Part shown: one piece after another, positions 1 to 10,488 of the stretch
Layout: the number at the start of each line of letters is the position of its first letter
How positions within the stretch are numbered: the first letter of the stretch is position 1
Source: a virus
DNA length: 64,000 bases
IMG/VR virus record: IMGVR_UViG_3300044922_000409
Location: 1-64,000 of that record
Strand: one strand, 5' to 3'
Made by a program: the position numbers and the translations under genes
Notes under the pieces: generated by a model
The model's database searches: none
Seen by the model: only the letters and a program-made list of their open reading frames with translations
What the model was told of the DNA's origin: nothing

Positions 1-318
1 AATTGCAATAATAGTTCCATCATTTGGAGATGTAGGTAACGTAATAGTAAACGCACCTGCTGTACTATTACATCTAACTAAATCATTTGAAACTGCAGTG
101 TAATTTGCAGTTTTAATAGAAGTAGGTGTTAAGTTTCCAAACTGAATACTAGAAAAAAGTATATTTGTGTTATTAACTGTTTTAATATTAGTACCAGAAA
201 CTAATTTTGGGTGGATACCAAGTTTAACTAGTGCGCCGCTTGCAGTGTTAGCACCAGTACCTCCGTTTTCAATTGGAGTAACTCCGGTATATAAATTATC
301 AGAAAGTCTTGTTGTCAT
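1..318 (-). CDS. Fibre/appendage protein, N-terminal part; continues off the left edge and is not in the ORF track
   Basis: ATG at 318 with AAGGA upstream. Translates MTTRLSDNLYTGVTPIENGGTGANTASGAL...IKTANYTAVSNDLVRCNSTAGAFTITLPTSPNDGTIIAI, the same domain found at the C-termini of 2481-6911 and 6921-8438. Confidence 0.8.
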   Translation of the reverse strand, partial: MTTRLSDNLYTGVTPIENGGTGANTASGALVKLGIHPKLVSGTNIKTVNNTNILFSSIQFGNLTPTSIKTANYTAVSNDLVRCNSTAGAFTITLPTSPNDGTIIAI

Positions 319-329
319 TTGTAATCCTT

Positions 330-1817
330 TTATGATAACATAACTAATTTAGCTAACGCAACTTTTGATCCTGTTGGCCCCGCAAAGAAAGACAACGCAG
401 TAGTTGAATTAATAGTGATTAACCCATTATATCCATCCGAAATACCGGTATAAGTAGTACCGCTAAATGTATATCCTACTGTTGAATCAAAAACAATACC
501 AAGATTACTAATTATTGTTGATGATCCGGATAATGTAATACTTTTAGTTTCTATTTTTGACGATGTAGCGTTGTTATACTGTACAATTGCAATTGCTGGA
601 GACAATGTACACATTGATATGTAATAACAGTTAGCTGGATAAAGAGAAACGGTAGTAGGCACACCGCCTGTGCTTGTAATTGTGGTACCTGAAATTGTCA
701 TTTTATTTGTATAAAGCACTTCACCATAAGCGTAACAATAAACTACTATAGAATTAGATAACGGCGTAGATGATAAGTAATCAGTTGTAATACTTACTGT
801 TACCGGTGATCCGGAAGTTAATGCACCTGAACCAATTAAATTTGATATAACAATTGCGTTAATTGTTGATGAATCTGTTAATTTAAATATGATTGATAAT
901 GTAGTTGATGATAGTTTACATGCTGTAAGAATACGATATGCGCTTCCTGATGAGGCGGAAGTATTTCCAAGTGATAATACACCGTCAGTAGCGATAGCAG
1001 TGCCCGATATAGTAAGTCGTTGACAAATTAATACATAGTTGTTAGGTGGTATATTTCCGCTTGAAATTAAAATTGCAGTAGTTGATGATATAGCACAAAC
1101 TTTAATCCCGCCGTAGCCCCCATACGTAGTTGAGATTGACCTAGTAGGGTTAACTGTTAATGTTGACGATGTATATGTTATTATGCAACCATCAGTGACT
1201 GTCCACGAGCCTGACCAAACTAAAATTGCAGTAGTTGTATTTAATACATCGATAGAAAACGAATAACTCGGTGACCAAGCTATTGTGCTTGTTGATAAAT
1301 GTGTAATAGCTGATCCTGATATCTGTAACGCTGAAATATAAAGAGTCCACGGTTGAACTGTAATACCTATTGCTAATGTACTTGACAACATGCATACTTG
1401 ATGATATACGTTATTTGTAGCACCGTTATTAATATATGTTGCGTTTGAACTCGAGCCAATAGAATTAAACAAAGAACTTCCTACAATTAATACATTCCAT
1501 GTTCCGCTTGATGACAATTTGTTAATGCAGCAACAAGTTATGGTTTGGTTAATAGGTAATACTTTTAAAATAAATCCGTTATTATCGGATATTGAAATAG
1601 CAGTAGTTGATTTGTTAACAATATTAACAACGACATTTTTAATTAGTTGTCTAGCATCGGGTAACCTAATACCATAATTGTTTGATTTAGTTATAGTAAT
1701 AGTTTTACCCATATCAGATGCAGATAACACCAAATCCTTATCTAAATCACTGTAGTATGCACTGTTATCAGTCCTACCACCATTACCAAATGGATTAAGT
1801 AATCCAGCATTTGCCAT
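330..1817 (-). CDS. Putative receptor-binding/fibre-tip protein with about 7 beta-propeller-like repeats
   Basis: 495 aa with ~50-aa repeats (VCMLSSTLAI, IDVLNTTTAIL, VCAISSTTAIL, ACKLSSTTLSI, STPLSNSIVV, MCTLSPAIAI, ITINSTTALS), most followed by xxISGTxI. Located in the fibre cluster. Confidence 0.6.
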   Translation of the reverse strand: MANAGLLNPFGNGGRTDNSAYYSDLDKDLVLSASDMGKTITITKSNNYGIRLPDARQLIKNVVVNIVNKSTTAISISDNNGFILKVLPINQTITCCCINKLSSSGTWNVLIVGSSLFNSIGSSSNATYINNGATNNVYHQVCMLSSTLAIGITVQPWTLYISALQISGSAITHLSTSTIAWSPSYSFSIDVLNTTTAILVWSGSWTVTDGCIITYTSSTLTVNPTRSISTTYGGYGGIKVCAISSTTAILISSGNIPPNNYVLICQRLTISGTAIATDGVLSLGNTSASSGSAYRILTACKLSSTTLSIIFKLTDSSTINAIVISNLIGSGALTSGSPVTVSITTDYLSSTPLSNSIVVYCYAYGEVLYTNKMTISGTTITSTGGVPTTVSLYPANCYYISMCTLSPAIAIVQYNNATSSKIETKSITLSGSSTIISNLGIVFDSTVGYTFSGTTYTGISDGYNGLITINSTTALSFFAGPTGSKVALAKLVMLS

Positions 1818-2479
1818 TAGAAATCTCCGCCAATTGCAGTAACAGTAATACCCGGTGAGGTTTGACTAACACTTACTGATGTTCTTAAAGAAAATCCAGC
1901 TGGTAAAATAATTGGTAATAAATCTGGAGTTAACACTGACGTATATTGAGCATTATATGCAGCTTGTGTAGTTGATAAAGTAACTGCACTAAATGTGATT
2001 TCTCTTAACAACCCATATTGTGCAGATGTAGATACACGGGTTGAACTATAATATCCAACATCAGTTGCTGCTACACTGCTTACTGATGTAATTGTATATG
2101 TAAATACAGTAGTCGACGACACTGTGATAGACGCTGATTTTACGTTAAATTCAGGAGGGTTGCACCCTTGAATTGTTACGCAATCGCCTGTAATCAAGCC
2201 ATGTACTGATGCAGTTGTAACAGTAGCAGTAGTAGTCGATGATGTAATTGAGCTAATTGTTTTACCTGGAAAACCTTTACAAATAAAAAGTCTAAGTTGA
2301 CTTGCTGTTGTAGTCACAGTAGCCGATATTTGAATACTATCAATTCTTGATCCGGTATTTGCTGCGGTAAAAACTATTCCAGTTGCTGCAATTGCAGGCT
2401 GAGTCAATGATGAATCTGCAGTTAATACGGTTGCAAAGTCTAGTTTTGGTGTTGCGGTATATTGTGCTAATGCTGCCAT
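1817..2479 (-). CDS. Small virion adaptor-type protein with an inserted beta-barrel module
   Basis: 220 aa ending LPAGFSLR...VTAIGGDF, with insert ISSITSSTTTATVTTASVHGLITGDCVTIQG...FTYTI. Translationally coupled to both neighbours. Confidence 0.6.
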   Translation of the reverse strand: MAALAQYTATPKLDFATVLTADSSLTQPAIAATGIVFTAANTGSRIDSIQISATVTTTASQLRLFICKGFPGKTISSITSSTTTATVTTASVHGLITGDCVTIQGCNPPEFNVKSASITVSSTTVFTYTITSVSSVAATDVGYYSSTRVSTSAQYGLLREITFSAVTLSTTQAAYNAQYTSVLTPDLLPIILPAGFSLRTSVSVSQTSPGITVTAIGGDF

Positions 2480-2480
2480 G

Positions 2481-5400
2481 TTATATTATTCCTGCGTTAA
2501 TTAATAAAAAGTCTAAAGTCGGGTTTGGTGCCGGAGTAGTTGATAATTTACTTGGCGTTTCTAACATTCTCCAGTTAGAGTTTGCTGAATTATAAACAAA
2601 TGATAAAAATGCCCCGTTAATATCTACTACAAAACCTATAGCATCTAATTCAATATATTTACCAACAGCATTTGGTTTAAGGGTTAAATTGTTTGTTGCA
2701 AATGAATTGTATACATCGATAACACTAACTATATCACCGTCGACCGGAAGTGCTGGAAACTTAATACTAAATGCAGATAATCGAGTATCACACCTGACAA
2801 AATCTCCGGATACTGCAGTATAGTCTGCAGTTTTAATTCCAGTAGCAGTACCAGCGCCACCACCGCCTCCTGCTATTGCGCCCCACGCAGTACCGTTATG
2901 TCCTTCAAATTTGTTTGATGTATTGTTAAACCGTAAATTACCTGCTATCGGAGTCGCTGGCAACGTGGAGGTAGATGGAAGAACAAGCGATGCAGTAATT
3001 GTTAATGTACTTGTATTTAGTGTGCCGTTAACGGTAGTAGTTATACCTGAAGACCCAATTGTAATTGCAGAAGTACCATATGTTCCAACAGTAGCTTGTG
3101 TTCCTATGTTAATAGTACCTAATGTAAGGGTACCACCTGCAGCAGGTGAACCACCATCGATATATACAGAACCACCAATTTTAATACCAGTTGCTGCACT
3201 CGGTGCACCGCCTACTATTTGGATATTACCGCCTGTGCCTGCAGTTGCTCCGGCCGAATTTCCGCCTTTAAGTATAAGTGCACCACCTGTTGATGTTGCA
3301 GCAGTTGAAGTACCACCATTTACAGTTATGTTACTACCGGTTGCAACTGCTTGACCAGAATATCCTGGACTAATACTAACAGTACCCGCTTGACCTCCAG
3401 ATGCCCCAGCACAATCACCAGATGCAATATATAATGCACCAGATGCCCCTACTGTAGAATTACCACTAAACAAATATACTGCACCAGTAGCACCTGCAGT
3501 AGTAGTACCAGTTGAAAATGTTAAAGTACCTGATGACACCCCAGTTGCAGTACCAGTTGATATAGTAACAGCTCCGGATGCAGCAGAAGAATTACCTGAG
3601 TTAATAGTAATTGCACCAGTTGTACCACTTGTTGTAGTTGTACCGGTTGATATTGCAATTGCAGTTGATGCAGCGGCTGTTTTATTAGATGAAGTAAATC
3701 CAGTAATACCAGTTAGTGCAATCTCAGATGATGTGTTTCCTAAACTAATTGATGTAGTACCAACATATAACGATCCGCTAATTGCAGTCCATGCAAATGC
3801 AGATCCGGTCCAATTTAAATATCCGGTTGTTGGTGTTAAAAATCCAGTAGCATTTAAACCGGTTTGATATACAAGTTGATTAGCAGCTCCGGCAGCTATT
3901 CCAGCTGCATACCCAGATGTATTTTGATTTAATGTCGGTATATCAGCACTAACAAGTGATCTAAAAGTTGGTATTGCTAATCCAGTAGTCGGTCCTGCAT
4001 AAACTATGTTTGCTGATTGAGATGTAAATGCTGTTTGATATGTAGTAGTATCAGCACTTAATTGACCGCCTGTTCCTAATTTTACAAAACCGGATGTACC
4101 AACTGTTGGTAATTTAATTGTACCATTTGCAACAATTGTTCCTGTAGTTGAACCAATAGTTATAGTGCCAGTGGTAATACCAGTCCATGCATTAATAATA
4201 CCAGTTGTTACATCAGTTGTTAAATTAATAGTACCTGCAGCAGTACCGGCAATTTTTAATATATTACCAGTAATTGCGCCACCTACTGTAGCAGTAGTTA
4301 ATGCAGTTGTATTTGTTCCTAATGCAATTGTAGTAGTAGTTGTACCACCAACTGTTACGCCGGTTGCAGATGCTAACACCTGAGCAGTATCTAATACAGT
4401 TACATTATTGATTTTATATGTTTTACCTGTAGCAATATTCCAATGTTCACTAGATGTCCAGTTAGTATTAGTAGAATCCCAAATAATAGTTTTATTACCA
4501 GCACTACTTAATAATGTTATGCCGCCGCTATTTGCAGTTGCATCAGTTGCTCCGGTGGTTGTAATAGTAGTAACTGTACCAGCAACTGGCGTTGTACCAC
4601 CGGTATATGTGTAAGTAACACTAGTTGAACTTACAATAGATGTAACAACTGCAGCACCTGATGCACCTAAACTACCAGGAGAACCATTAGTTGCAGCAAT
4701 AACTGACCCAATTATTAATCCAGTTGTGGAACTCATACTGGTAATTGTTGCAGTCCATGGGCCTGTTCCTGATATGGTTCCAACTGTACCGGTGGTACTT
4801 ACAGTTATTGCTGCTACTGATCCTAGTTCAATATTCTTATCATCAACTGTTAACGTTGAAGAATTTACAGTAGTTGTGTTACCGTTAACAATTACATTTC
4901 CGTTAACTGTTAAATCCGATCCAATTGTTGCAGTACCTGTAGTAGTTAATGTAGTAAATGCACCAGTTGACGCAGTAGTTGCACCAATTGACATATTGTT
5001 AATTGTACCGGTTGTGCCTGATCCAATTGTAATAGTACCAGTACTTGATGTAGTATACGATTGATTATTTGTAGTGGTATTAATAGTAATTGCACCAGTT
5101 GCACTTAACGTAGTAAATGCACCAGTTGACGCAGTAGTTGCACCGATAGTACCGGTAAAGTCTGTTGCTTTAACTCTGCCAGCTGCAAATATTGACCATG
5201 CATTTGTAAGTGTTGTATTTGCACTACCTACAGGAGCTGCTACAAATAAATTAGCAGCATCAGTAATTGTAATACCAGTATTAGTACTTGCAAAAGTAGG
5301 TGCGTTAATTACGTTGATATAACTGCTTGCTACAGTGCCGTTTAGTGCAGTTGATGTATCGGTGTAAGTACGTGATTGTAATTTTAAGTTAATACCGGCA

Positions 5401-6911
5401 GTAGTCCATACTGCTGCACTGACTGCCGTTGTTGGAGTATTAATAGTTCCAATAACTGTTAAATCAGTACCAACAAACAATTTTTTAGTAACTGCAGCGC
5501 CACCTGAAACAGTTAAGGTACCACCAGTTACGCTGTCAGTAGCATCAGTAGTTGCTGGAATAGATAACGATCCGTAGATAGTAGTAGCAGTAGTATTCCC
5601 AATACTGCCAATTACTGTCGTCTTATCACCTAAACCGACTGCTCCTGCGCCAATTACTAATTCGTATGTATTGTTAATGCCGGCGCCGACAGTATTATAA
5701 CCAACATATGTATTGTTTGATCCAGTAGTATTAGCATTTGCACTGCTTGCATATCCGGCATAGTAACCAAATGCAGTGTTGTTTCCACCAGTTGATGTAT
5801 TTTGCAATGCAAAATAACCAAGTGCTGTGTTATTACTAGATGTTGCTAGTTTAAGAGAATTGTATCCAACTGAGGTATTATAGTTTCCACTAATATTAGT
5901 TACTAATGAGTAGTTACCGATTGCAACATTATGGTGTCCGCCAGCATTTGCAAGTAAAGGTTGATATCCAATTGCAGTATTGTCAGTACCGTTAGTATTT
6001 GCAACTAATGTCTGATATCCAACTGCAGTATTATATGTACCTGTTGCTAAATTAACTTTTAATGCTTGGTATCCATGTGCAGTATTTGATGTTACTGCAC
6101 TGTTGCCATAACCAATAGTCATAGTTTGCACAGTGATATCGTTAGCAGTCGAAATTAAACTGCTCCATGTGCCCGACGTAATTGTACCAACACCGGATAA
6201 TAACGACAGTGTAGTAACTGCAGAATTAACTAACGTTCCGGTAGTTGGTAATGTTACGTTAGTTGCAGCAGTAGATGTAAATGTTATTGAGAATGCACCA
6301 CTTGTTGCCAAGGTTGAACCCGATGCAAGTGTTAACGTAGTAGTTGCTACTGGTGTCGGAGTTGATATCGATACTCCATTTACTGTACTAGTAATTAATC
6401 CACCAATTTGTAATTTATCATAAGTAGCAGACGTAAAATCTACAATAGTAGTAGGTTCTGTAGTAATGCCGCTAAACAACTTCCATACTGAATCAGTTGC
6501 ATCTCTAACTAAGCCAGTATGCAAATGTGTACTAGTTGGTTGATACGCGCCTACCCAGCCAATGTCTAATATGTCAGCTGCGTTGTTAGCTGCTAAGTAG
6601 ATTAACGAGTCGTTAACACTTAAATTAGTTGCACTTAGTTGATTAGCAGTTCCATTAAAATAAATGTTGCCTGCTACTTGTAAATCATTTTTTATATATA
6701 CTGTACTAGTTGTTACTGCTCCAATATTTACAGTAGTTGCAGCACCTGCAAAATTTACAGTAGTTGCACCAGTATTAAGCAAATCAAAACTACTTGAAGT
6801 TGTAATTACTGAAGTTAGTAATGTTGGCGAAGTCTGTAATACAGTGTTGCCTGTACCTGAGGTAGTTCCTAAATTTGCAGATTTTAACAGGCTTGAAAGA
6901 GTTTTTGACAT
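2481..6911 (-). CDS. Long fibre protein (trimeric beta-rich fibre with NTAxGYxxL beta-roll repeats and a Gly-rich segment)
   Basis: 1476 aa, very T/S/G/A-rich. Contains repeats NTAHGYQAL, NTAVGYQTL, NTAIGYQPL and NTALGYFAL, a GNTTTVNSSTLTVDDKNIELG motif, GNLRFNNTSNKFEGHNGTAWG, and a C-terminal KTADYTAVSGDFVRCDT domain. Confidence 0.8.
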   Translation of the reverse strand: MSKTLSSLLKSANLGTTSGTGNTVLQTSPTLLTSVITTSSSFDLLNTGATTVNFAGAATTVNIGAVTTSTVYIKNDLQVAGNIYFNGTANQLSATNLSVNDSLIYLAANNAADILDIGWVGAYQPTSTHLHTGLVRDATDSVWKLFSGITTEPTTIVDFTSATYDKLQIGGLITSTVNGVSISTPTPVATTTLTLASGSTLATSGAFSITFTSTAATNVTLPTTGTLVNSAVTTLSLLSGVGTITSGTWSSLISTANDITVQTMTIGYGNSAVTSNTAHGYQALKVNLATGTYNTAVGYQTLVANTNGTDNTAIGYQPLLANAGGHHNVAIGNYSLVTNISGNYNTSVGYNSLKLATSSNNTALGYFALQNTSTGGNNTAFGYYAGYASSANANTTGSNNTYVGYNTVGAGINNTYELVIGAGAVGLGDKTTVIGSIGNTTATTIYGSLSIPATTDATDSVTGGTLTVSGGAAVTKKLFVGTDLTVIGTINTPTTAVSAAVWTTAGINLKLQSRTYTDTSTALNGTVASSYINVINAPTFASTNTGITITDAANLFVAAPVGSANTTLTNAWSIFAAGRVKATDFTGTIGATTASTGAFTTLSATGAITINTTTNNQSYTTSSTGTITIGSGTTGTINNMSIGATTASTGAFTTLTTTGTATIGSDLTVNGNVIVNGNTTTVNSSTLTVDDKNIELGSVAAITVSTTGTVGTISGTGPWTATITSMSSTTGLIIGSVIAATNGSPGSLGASGAAVVTSIVSSTSVTYTYTGGTTPVAGTVTTITTTGATDATANSGGITLLSSAGNKTIIWDSTNTNWTSSEHWNIATGKTYKINNVTVLDTAQVLASATGVTVGGTTTTTIALGTNTTALTTATVGGAITGNILKIAGTAAGTINLTTDVTTGIINAWTGITTGTITIGSTTGTIVANGTIKLPTVGTSGFVKLGTGGQLSADTTTYQTAFTSQSANIVYAGPTTGLAIPTFRSLVSADIPTLNQNTSGYAAGIAAGAANQLVYQTGLNATGFLTPTTGYLNWTGSAFAWTAISGSLYVGTTSISLGNTSSEIALTGITGFTSSNKTAAASTAIAISTGTTTTSGTTGAITINSGNSSAASGAVTISTGTATGVSSGTLTFSTGTTTAGATGAVYLFSGNSTVGASGALYIASGDCAGASGGQAGTVSISPGYSGQAVATGSNITVNGGTSTAATSTGGALILKGGNSAGATAGTGGNIQIVGGAPSAATGIKIGGSVYIDGGSPAAGGTLTLGTINIGTQATVGTYGTSAITIGSSGITTTVNGTLNTSTLTITASLVLPSTSTLPATPIAGNLRFNNTSNKFEGHNGTAWGAIAGGGGGAGTATGIKTADYTAVSGDFVRCDTRLSAFSIKFPALPVDGDIVSVIDVYNSFATNNLTLKPNAVGKYIELDAIGFVVDINGAFLSFVYNSANSNWRMLETPSKLSTTPAPNPTLDFLLINAGII
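4951..5144. repeat. Perfect 35-bp direct repeat inside the fibre gene (4951-4985 and 5110-5144), encoding GATTASTGAFTT
   Basis: gtagtaaatgcaccagttgacgcagtagttgcacc occurs twice. Confidence 0.9.
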
Positions 6912-6920
6912 GTGTTATCC

Positions 6921-8438
6921 TTAAACAGTCGGCGTAATTTCCATTCGCCAGTTAGTAGTACTTGCAATATACACAAACGGCACATATGCTCCATTAATAT
7001 CTAATATAAATGCATCAGCAACACCTTCAATTGTATTGCCGCTACCTGGTATCACTGATACCGGATGTGCTAAAAATGTATATGCAACATCCATTACAGC
7101 AACTATTGATCCATCTATCGGCGAGGTCGGAAATGTAATATTAAACGATCCAGCTGTTGAGTCTGCTCTAACTAAATCAATAAGGTTTGCAGTATAATTT
7201 GATGTTTTTATTGGTGTTGAATTTAATCCAGATCCAGATATAACAGTTCCAACCTGCCCCCAATTTGATCCATTATACCCTTCAAAATATCCACTAGCAG
7301 TATTATATCGAATATTGCCGCCTGTAGGTGACCCAGGTCGTAACGACGAATCCCCAGATGGTAATGTAAACGAAGTTGTTACACTAGTTGCGTCAAATGA
7401 CACTCCAGACAATGATAAATTTCCAGTTGTTCTATTAAGTGCTATTGCAGTAGATCCTAAATATAAATTTGAATTTCCTAATACCGTAGACGGAATAGTA
7501 CCAGTTATATTTGATGCTGATAGTGATGTAAGATTTGCACCGGATACTGCACCAAACAAACCGGACCATGTTCCGGTTGTAATTGTGCCAACACTAGTTA
7601 ATGAGGATAGTGTCGATACTGTTGAGTTAACTAATGTTCCAGTAGTTGGCAATGTTACAGTAGTATCAGCAGTAGAAGTAAGTGTTATTGAGTATGAACC
7701 GCTTGTTGCTAATGTTGATCCAGTTACTAATGTCAATGTTGCACTAGTAGCAGGTGATGTAATTATTAATTTGTTAATCGATGTAGCAGTAGCTACACCT
7801 AATAACGGAGTAGTTAATGATGGAGAAGTTGCAAATACTAAACTACCAGACCCTGTTTTATCTGATATAATACCAGCTAGCTGAGATGATGTGGTATTTG
7901 CAAATACTGCTAATGTATTTTCTTTATATGCAATAGTACCGCCAGTATCAAAATTAACTGATGATGCACTAGTACCAGTAAACGATACCGAGTTATTTAT
8001 AGTTAGTGTTTGTCCGTCGACTATAGTTAATGTTGCACTAGTTGCAGGCTCAGTAATTGATAACTTATTTAATGAAGTAACACTAGTTAACCCAGTAAGA
8101 GTCACAGTGTTACTACTTGTAAGGGTTGACGATAAAACAATATTATCATTAGTTGACGCCGATTGAAGAATTAAATTCCCTGTGCTACTTTTAACAGTAT
8201 TTGTATTAATGTTGATATTACCGATATCAACTGTAGTACTCTTAATATTAGTTGAACGAGTAGTTCCGGCAATATCTAGTAAGTATGCAGGTGCATCAGT
8301 ATTAACACCAATTTTAAAATTTATCGGGTCGGGATCAGATAAACTGAAATATAAAAGATGTGATTCGATCGAAAGGTCTAACCCATTCCGCACCAAATTT
8401 GATGCCAACATCGGTCCTGATATGTTACCAATTGCCAT
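6921..8438 (-). CDS. Fibre protein
   Basis: 505 aa, T/S-rich. Motifs ISGPMLASNLVRNG, IGVNTDAP, ISDKTGSGSLVFATSP, GNIRYNTASGYFEGYNGSNWG and a C-terminal KTSNYTANLIDLVRADST domain. Confidence 0.8.
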   Translation of the reverse strand: MAIGNISGPMLASNLVRNGLDLSIESHLLYFSLSDPDPINFKIGVNTDAPAYLLDIAGTTRSTNIKSTTVDIGNININTNTVKSSTGNLILQSASTNDNIVLSSTLTSSNTVTLTGLTSVTSLNKLSITEPATSATLTIVDGQTLTINNSVSFTGTSASSVNFDTGGTIAYKENTLAVFANTTSSQLAGIISDKTGSGSLVFATSPSLTTPLLGVATATSINKLIITSPATSATLTLVTGSTLATSGSYSITLTSTADTTVTLPTTGTLVNSTVSTLSSLTSVGTITTGTWSGLFGAVSGANLTSLSASNITGTIPSTVLGNSNLYLGSTAIALNRTTGNLSLSGVSFDATSVTTSFTLPSGDSSLRPGSPTGGNIRYNTASGYFEGYNGSNWGQVGTVISGSGLNSTPIKTSNYTANLIDLVRADSTAGSFNITFPTSPIDGSIVAVMDVAYTFLAHPVSVIPGSGNTIEGVADAFILDINGAYVPFVYIASTTNWRMEITPTV

Positions 8439-8471
8439 GTATTTTCCTTATTCTACATTCTTATAGTGCAT

Positions 8472-10145
8472 TTATTTGTCAAATCCGTGTAACACAGTAA
8501 CAGGTTTTCCGTATGGTACGCTTGAATTAAATTTTAAATAATATCCTAATTCTACATTTGTTGGCTCAACTATTGTAAATGATGTGTTTATTGCGATAAT
8601 ACTAGTATTAGTTGCTCTATTTAAAGTTACACTTATCAATGCATTGGTTATTGGATCAGATACATAACTAGAAACAGTCGGTAATACAATGTACGTTAAT
8701 CCTGTAGGAGTACCTGCAGTAGTAGTTATTCCGTTGCCAGTTGCAGATGTTGATAATGTAAATGTTGTAGTGCCATTAGTTGCAATAATATAATAGTTAG
8801 TTGGATTTATATATCCTGCTATAGACCCAGTACCACCATATGTGCCACTAATTGTAACTACTTGTCCAACTGCTAATGTAGTCGTAGCGCATGAGAATTG
8901 GCCATCAGTGCCAGTTATTACAACAGTAGTACGCGTAACTTGTAAACTTGTGCTACCACTTACTATCGCACCAATAAGATCACCATCGACATATAGAGTA
9001 GAAGTACTTGCAACCGTACCTAACGAAGTTGACGGAGTCACTGTTCCTGTACCGGCACTAGGATAGCTTAACTGAGACACAATGCCGCTAACTACAGCAG
9101 ACGTTGCAGTTTGCCAAGTATTAACAGTATAACTAGTTCCAGTAGTCGGAGTTCCGGTTGCTGATTGATTAAGTGTATAAGTTCCAGTACCGCCGATGCC
9201 TGTACTCAATGCCGAAATATATGTTCCTACAGTAACGCCTGTTCCTGTAATAACCATTCCGACTCTAATAGTCCCTGATGAAATTGCTGTTACTGTTAAT
9301 ACAGTCGTTGATATAGTTGCAGTAAATAATGCAGAGTTAACTGCTGTAATAAAGGTATTGCTAGCAATTGTTGTGCTAGTTACTACTCCGCCTACTACCG
9401 GTGTACCAGTAGCAGTACCGGTCATTGATAATACATTAGAACTAATAAATCCTGCAGTGTTACTAAATGTAGTAACAGTCGGTGAACTTACTGCAACTGA
9501 TGACACGTTGTATGGTGCTATATTAGTAACATTAATAGTTGCTCCGATTGCAAATGGTACTTGTGTGTTAGTAGGTAATTGTAACACTGTAATAGTTGCA
9601 GTGGTGCCAGTACCAGTAACGCTGGTTATTATCATGCTAGTATTAAAGTTTATAGTTGTTGCTCCGATTGCAGTTGCAACGCTGTTTGTACCAGTATATG
9701 TCTTACTCGATTCTTTAGGATTTTGTACAACAAGATAATTAGTTGTTGATAATTGTATAACATTTTCAACTATTACAATTAAATTTTGTGGTCCCCATAC
9801 TGCATTATTTTGTACAGTAATCGGCGGTGCTGGAGATAATGGACCAAAAAGGGTCGTTACACCATCGCCTGAACCTAAATTCTGTTGGGTAATCTGAGTT
9901 GCTTCTTTAAATCTTAAGCTGCGCCATGCGCCGGCTTGGTATAATTCAACTTCACCATTAGTTGCAACATCAGTGTTATACCGTAGCATACCATTTGTCG
10001 GCGATGCTGGTCGTTGTGCAGTAGTACCACTTGGTAATGTTAAGTTATTAGTAGTAGTCATAACGATAGAATCGTCAGCATTAATGTTTAGTCGTTGATC
10101 GTAAGGTGCTCTACGATTTAAAACTTGTTTTCTTAAATATCTCAT
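8472..10145 (-). CDS. Virion fibre-associated protein with tandem small beta-barrel modules
   Basis: 557 aa. N-terminal [35 protein letters not shown] and VIVENVIQ; C-terminal [18 protein letters not shown]. The Thr-rich middle has repeated xxGxxITGTG-type modules. Confidence 0.7.
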   Translation of the reverse strand: MRYLRKQVLNRRAPYDQRLNINADDSIVMTTTNNLTLPSGTTAQRPASPTNGMLRYNTDVATNGEVELYQAGAWRSLRFKEATQITQQNLGSGDGVTTLFGPLSPAPPITVQNNAVWGPQNLIVIVENVIQLSTTNYLVVQNPKESSKTYTGTNSVATAIGATTINFNTSMIITSVTGTGTTATITVLQLPTNTQVPFAIGATINVTNIAPYNVSSVAVSSPTVTTFSNTAGFISSNVLSMTGTATGTPVVGGVVTSTTIASNTFITAVNSALFTATISTTVLTVTAISSGTIRVGMVITGTGVTVGTYISALSTGIGGTGTYTLNQSATGTPTTGTSYTVNTWQTATSAVVSGIVSQLSYPSAGTGTVTPSTSLGTVASTSTLYVDGDLIGAIVSGSTSLQVTRTTVVITGTDGQFSCATTTLAVGQVVTISGTYGGTGSIAGYINPTNYYIIATNGTTTFTLSTSATGNGITTTAGTPTGLTYIVLPTVSSYVSDPITNALISVTLNRATNTSIIAINTSFTIVEPTNVELGYYLKFNSSVPYGKPVTVLHGFDK

Positions 10146-10146
10146 G

Positions 10147-10479
10147 TTATACCGCCAATGTACTTACAGTAGCTGTAATATTACTCAACGAATCTGTTTT
10201 AGCAACTAATGTATCGCCGTTGGCTAACACTAATTTTTCTTGATCAAAAGACACAGTTTCACCAGCCGGGATAGGTAATCCATTAACAATTAATGTATTG
10301 TTACCTACTACGCCGCCACTAGGAACTGCATAAACATAAAGTAATGATTGATTCAATGCAGGAGTTGCTGTTACATACGCGGATGTATTACAAAATATAA
10401 CAGTAGTTATGGCATTATTGCCAGTACTAGAATAAATTGTTGTATTTGCAGATGTTACTGCAGTATTTGAAATTGCCAT
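10147..10479 (-). CDS. Small virion beta-sandwich adaptor-type protein
   Basis: 110 aa: TTIYSS...TTVIFCN...[27 protein letters not shown] ribosome-binding site. Confidence 0.7.
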   Translation of the reverse strand: MAISNTAVTSANTTIYSSTGNNAITTVIFCNTSAYVTATPALNQSLLYVYAVPSGGVVGNNTLIVNGLPIPAGETVSFDQEKLVLANGDTLVAKTDSLSNITATVSTLAV

Positions 10480-10488
10480 TTTTAATCC

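Noticed and set aside
1-8438. Diversity-generating retroelement acting on fibre genes
   Set aside because: The repeated segments are coding in both copies, differences are not visibly adenine-specific, and no RT is present.
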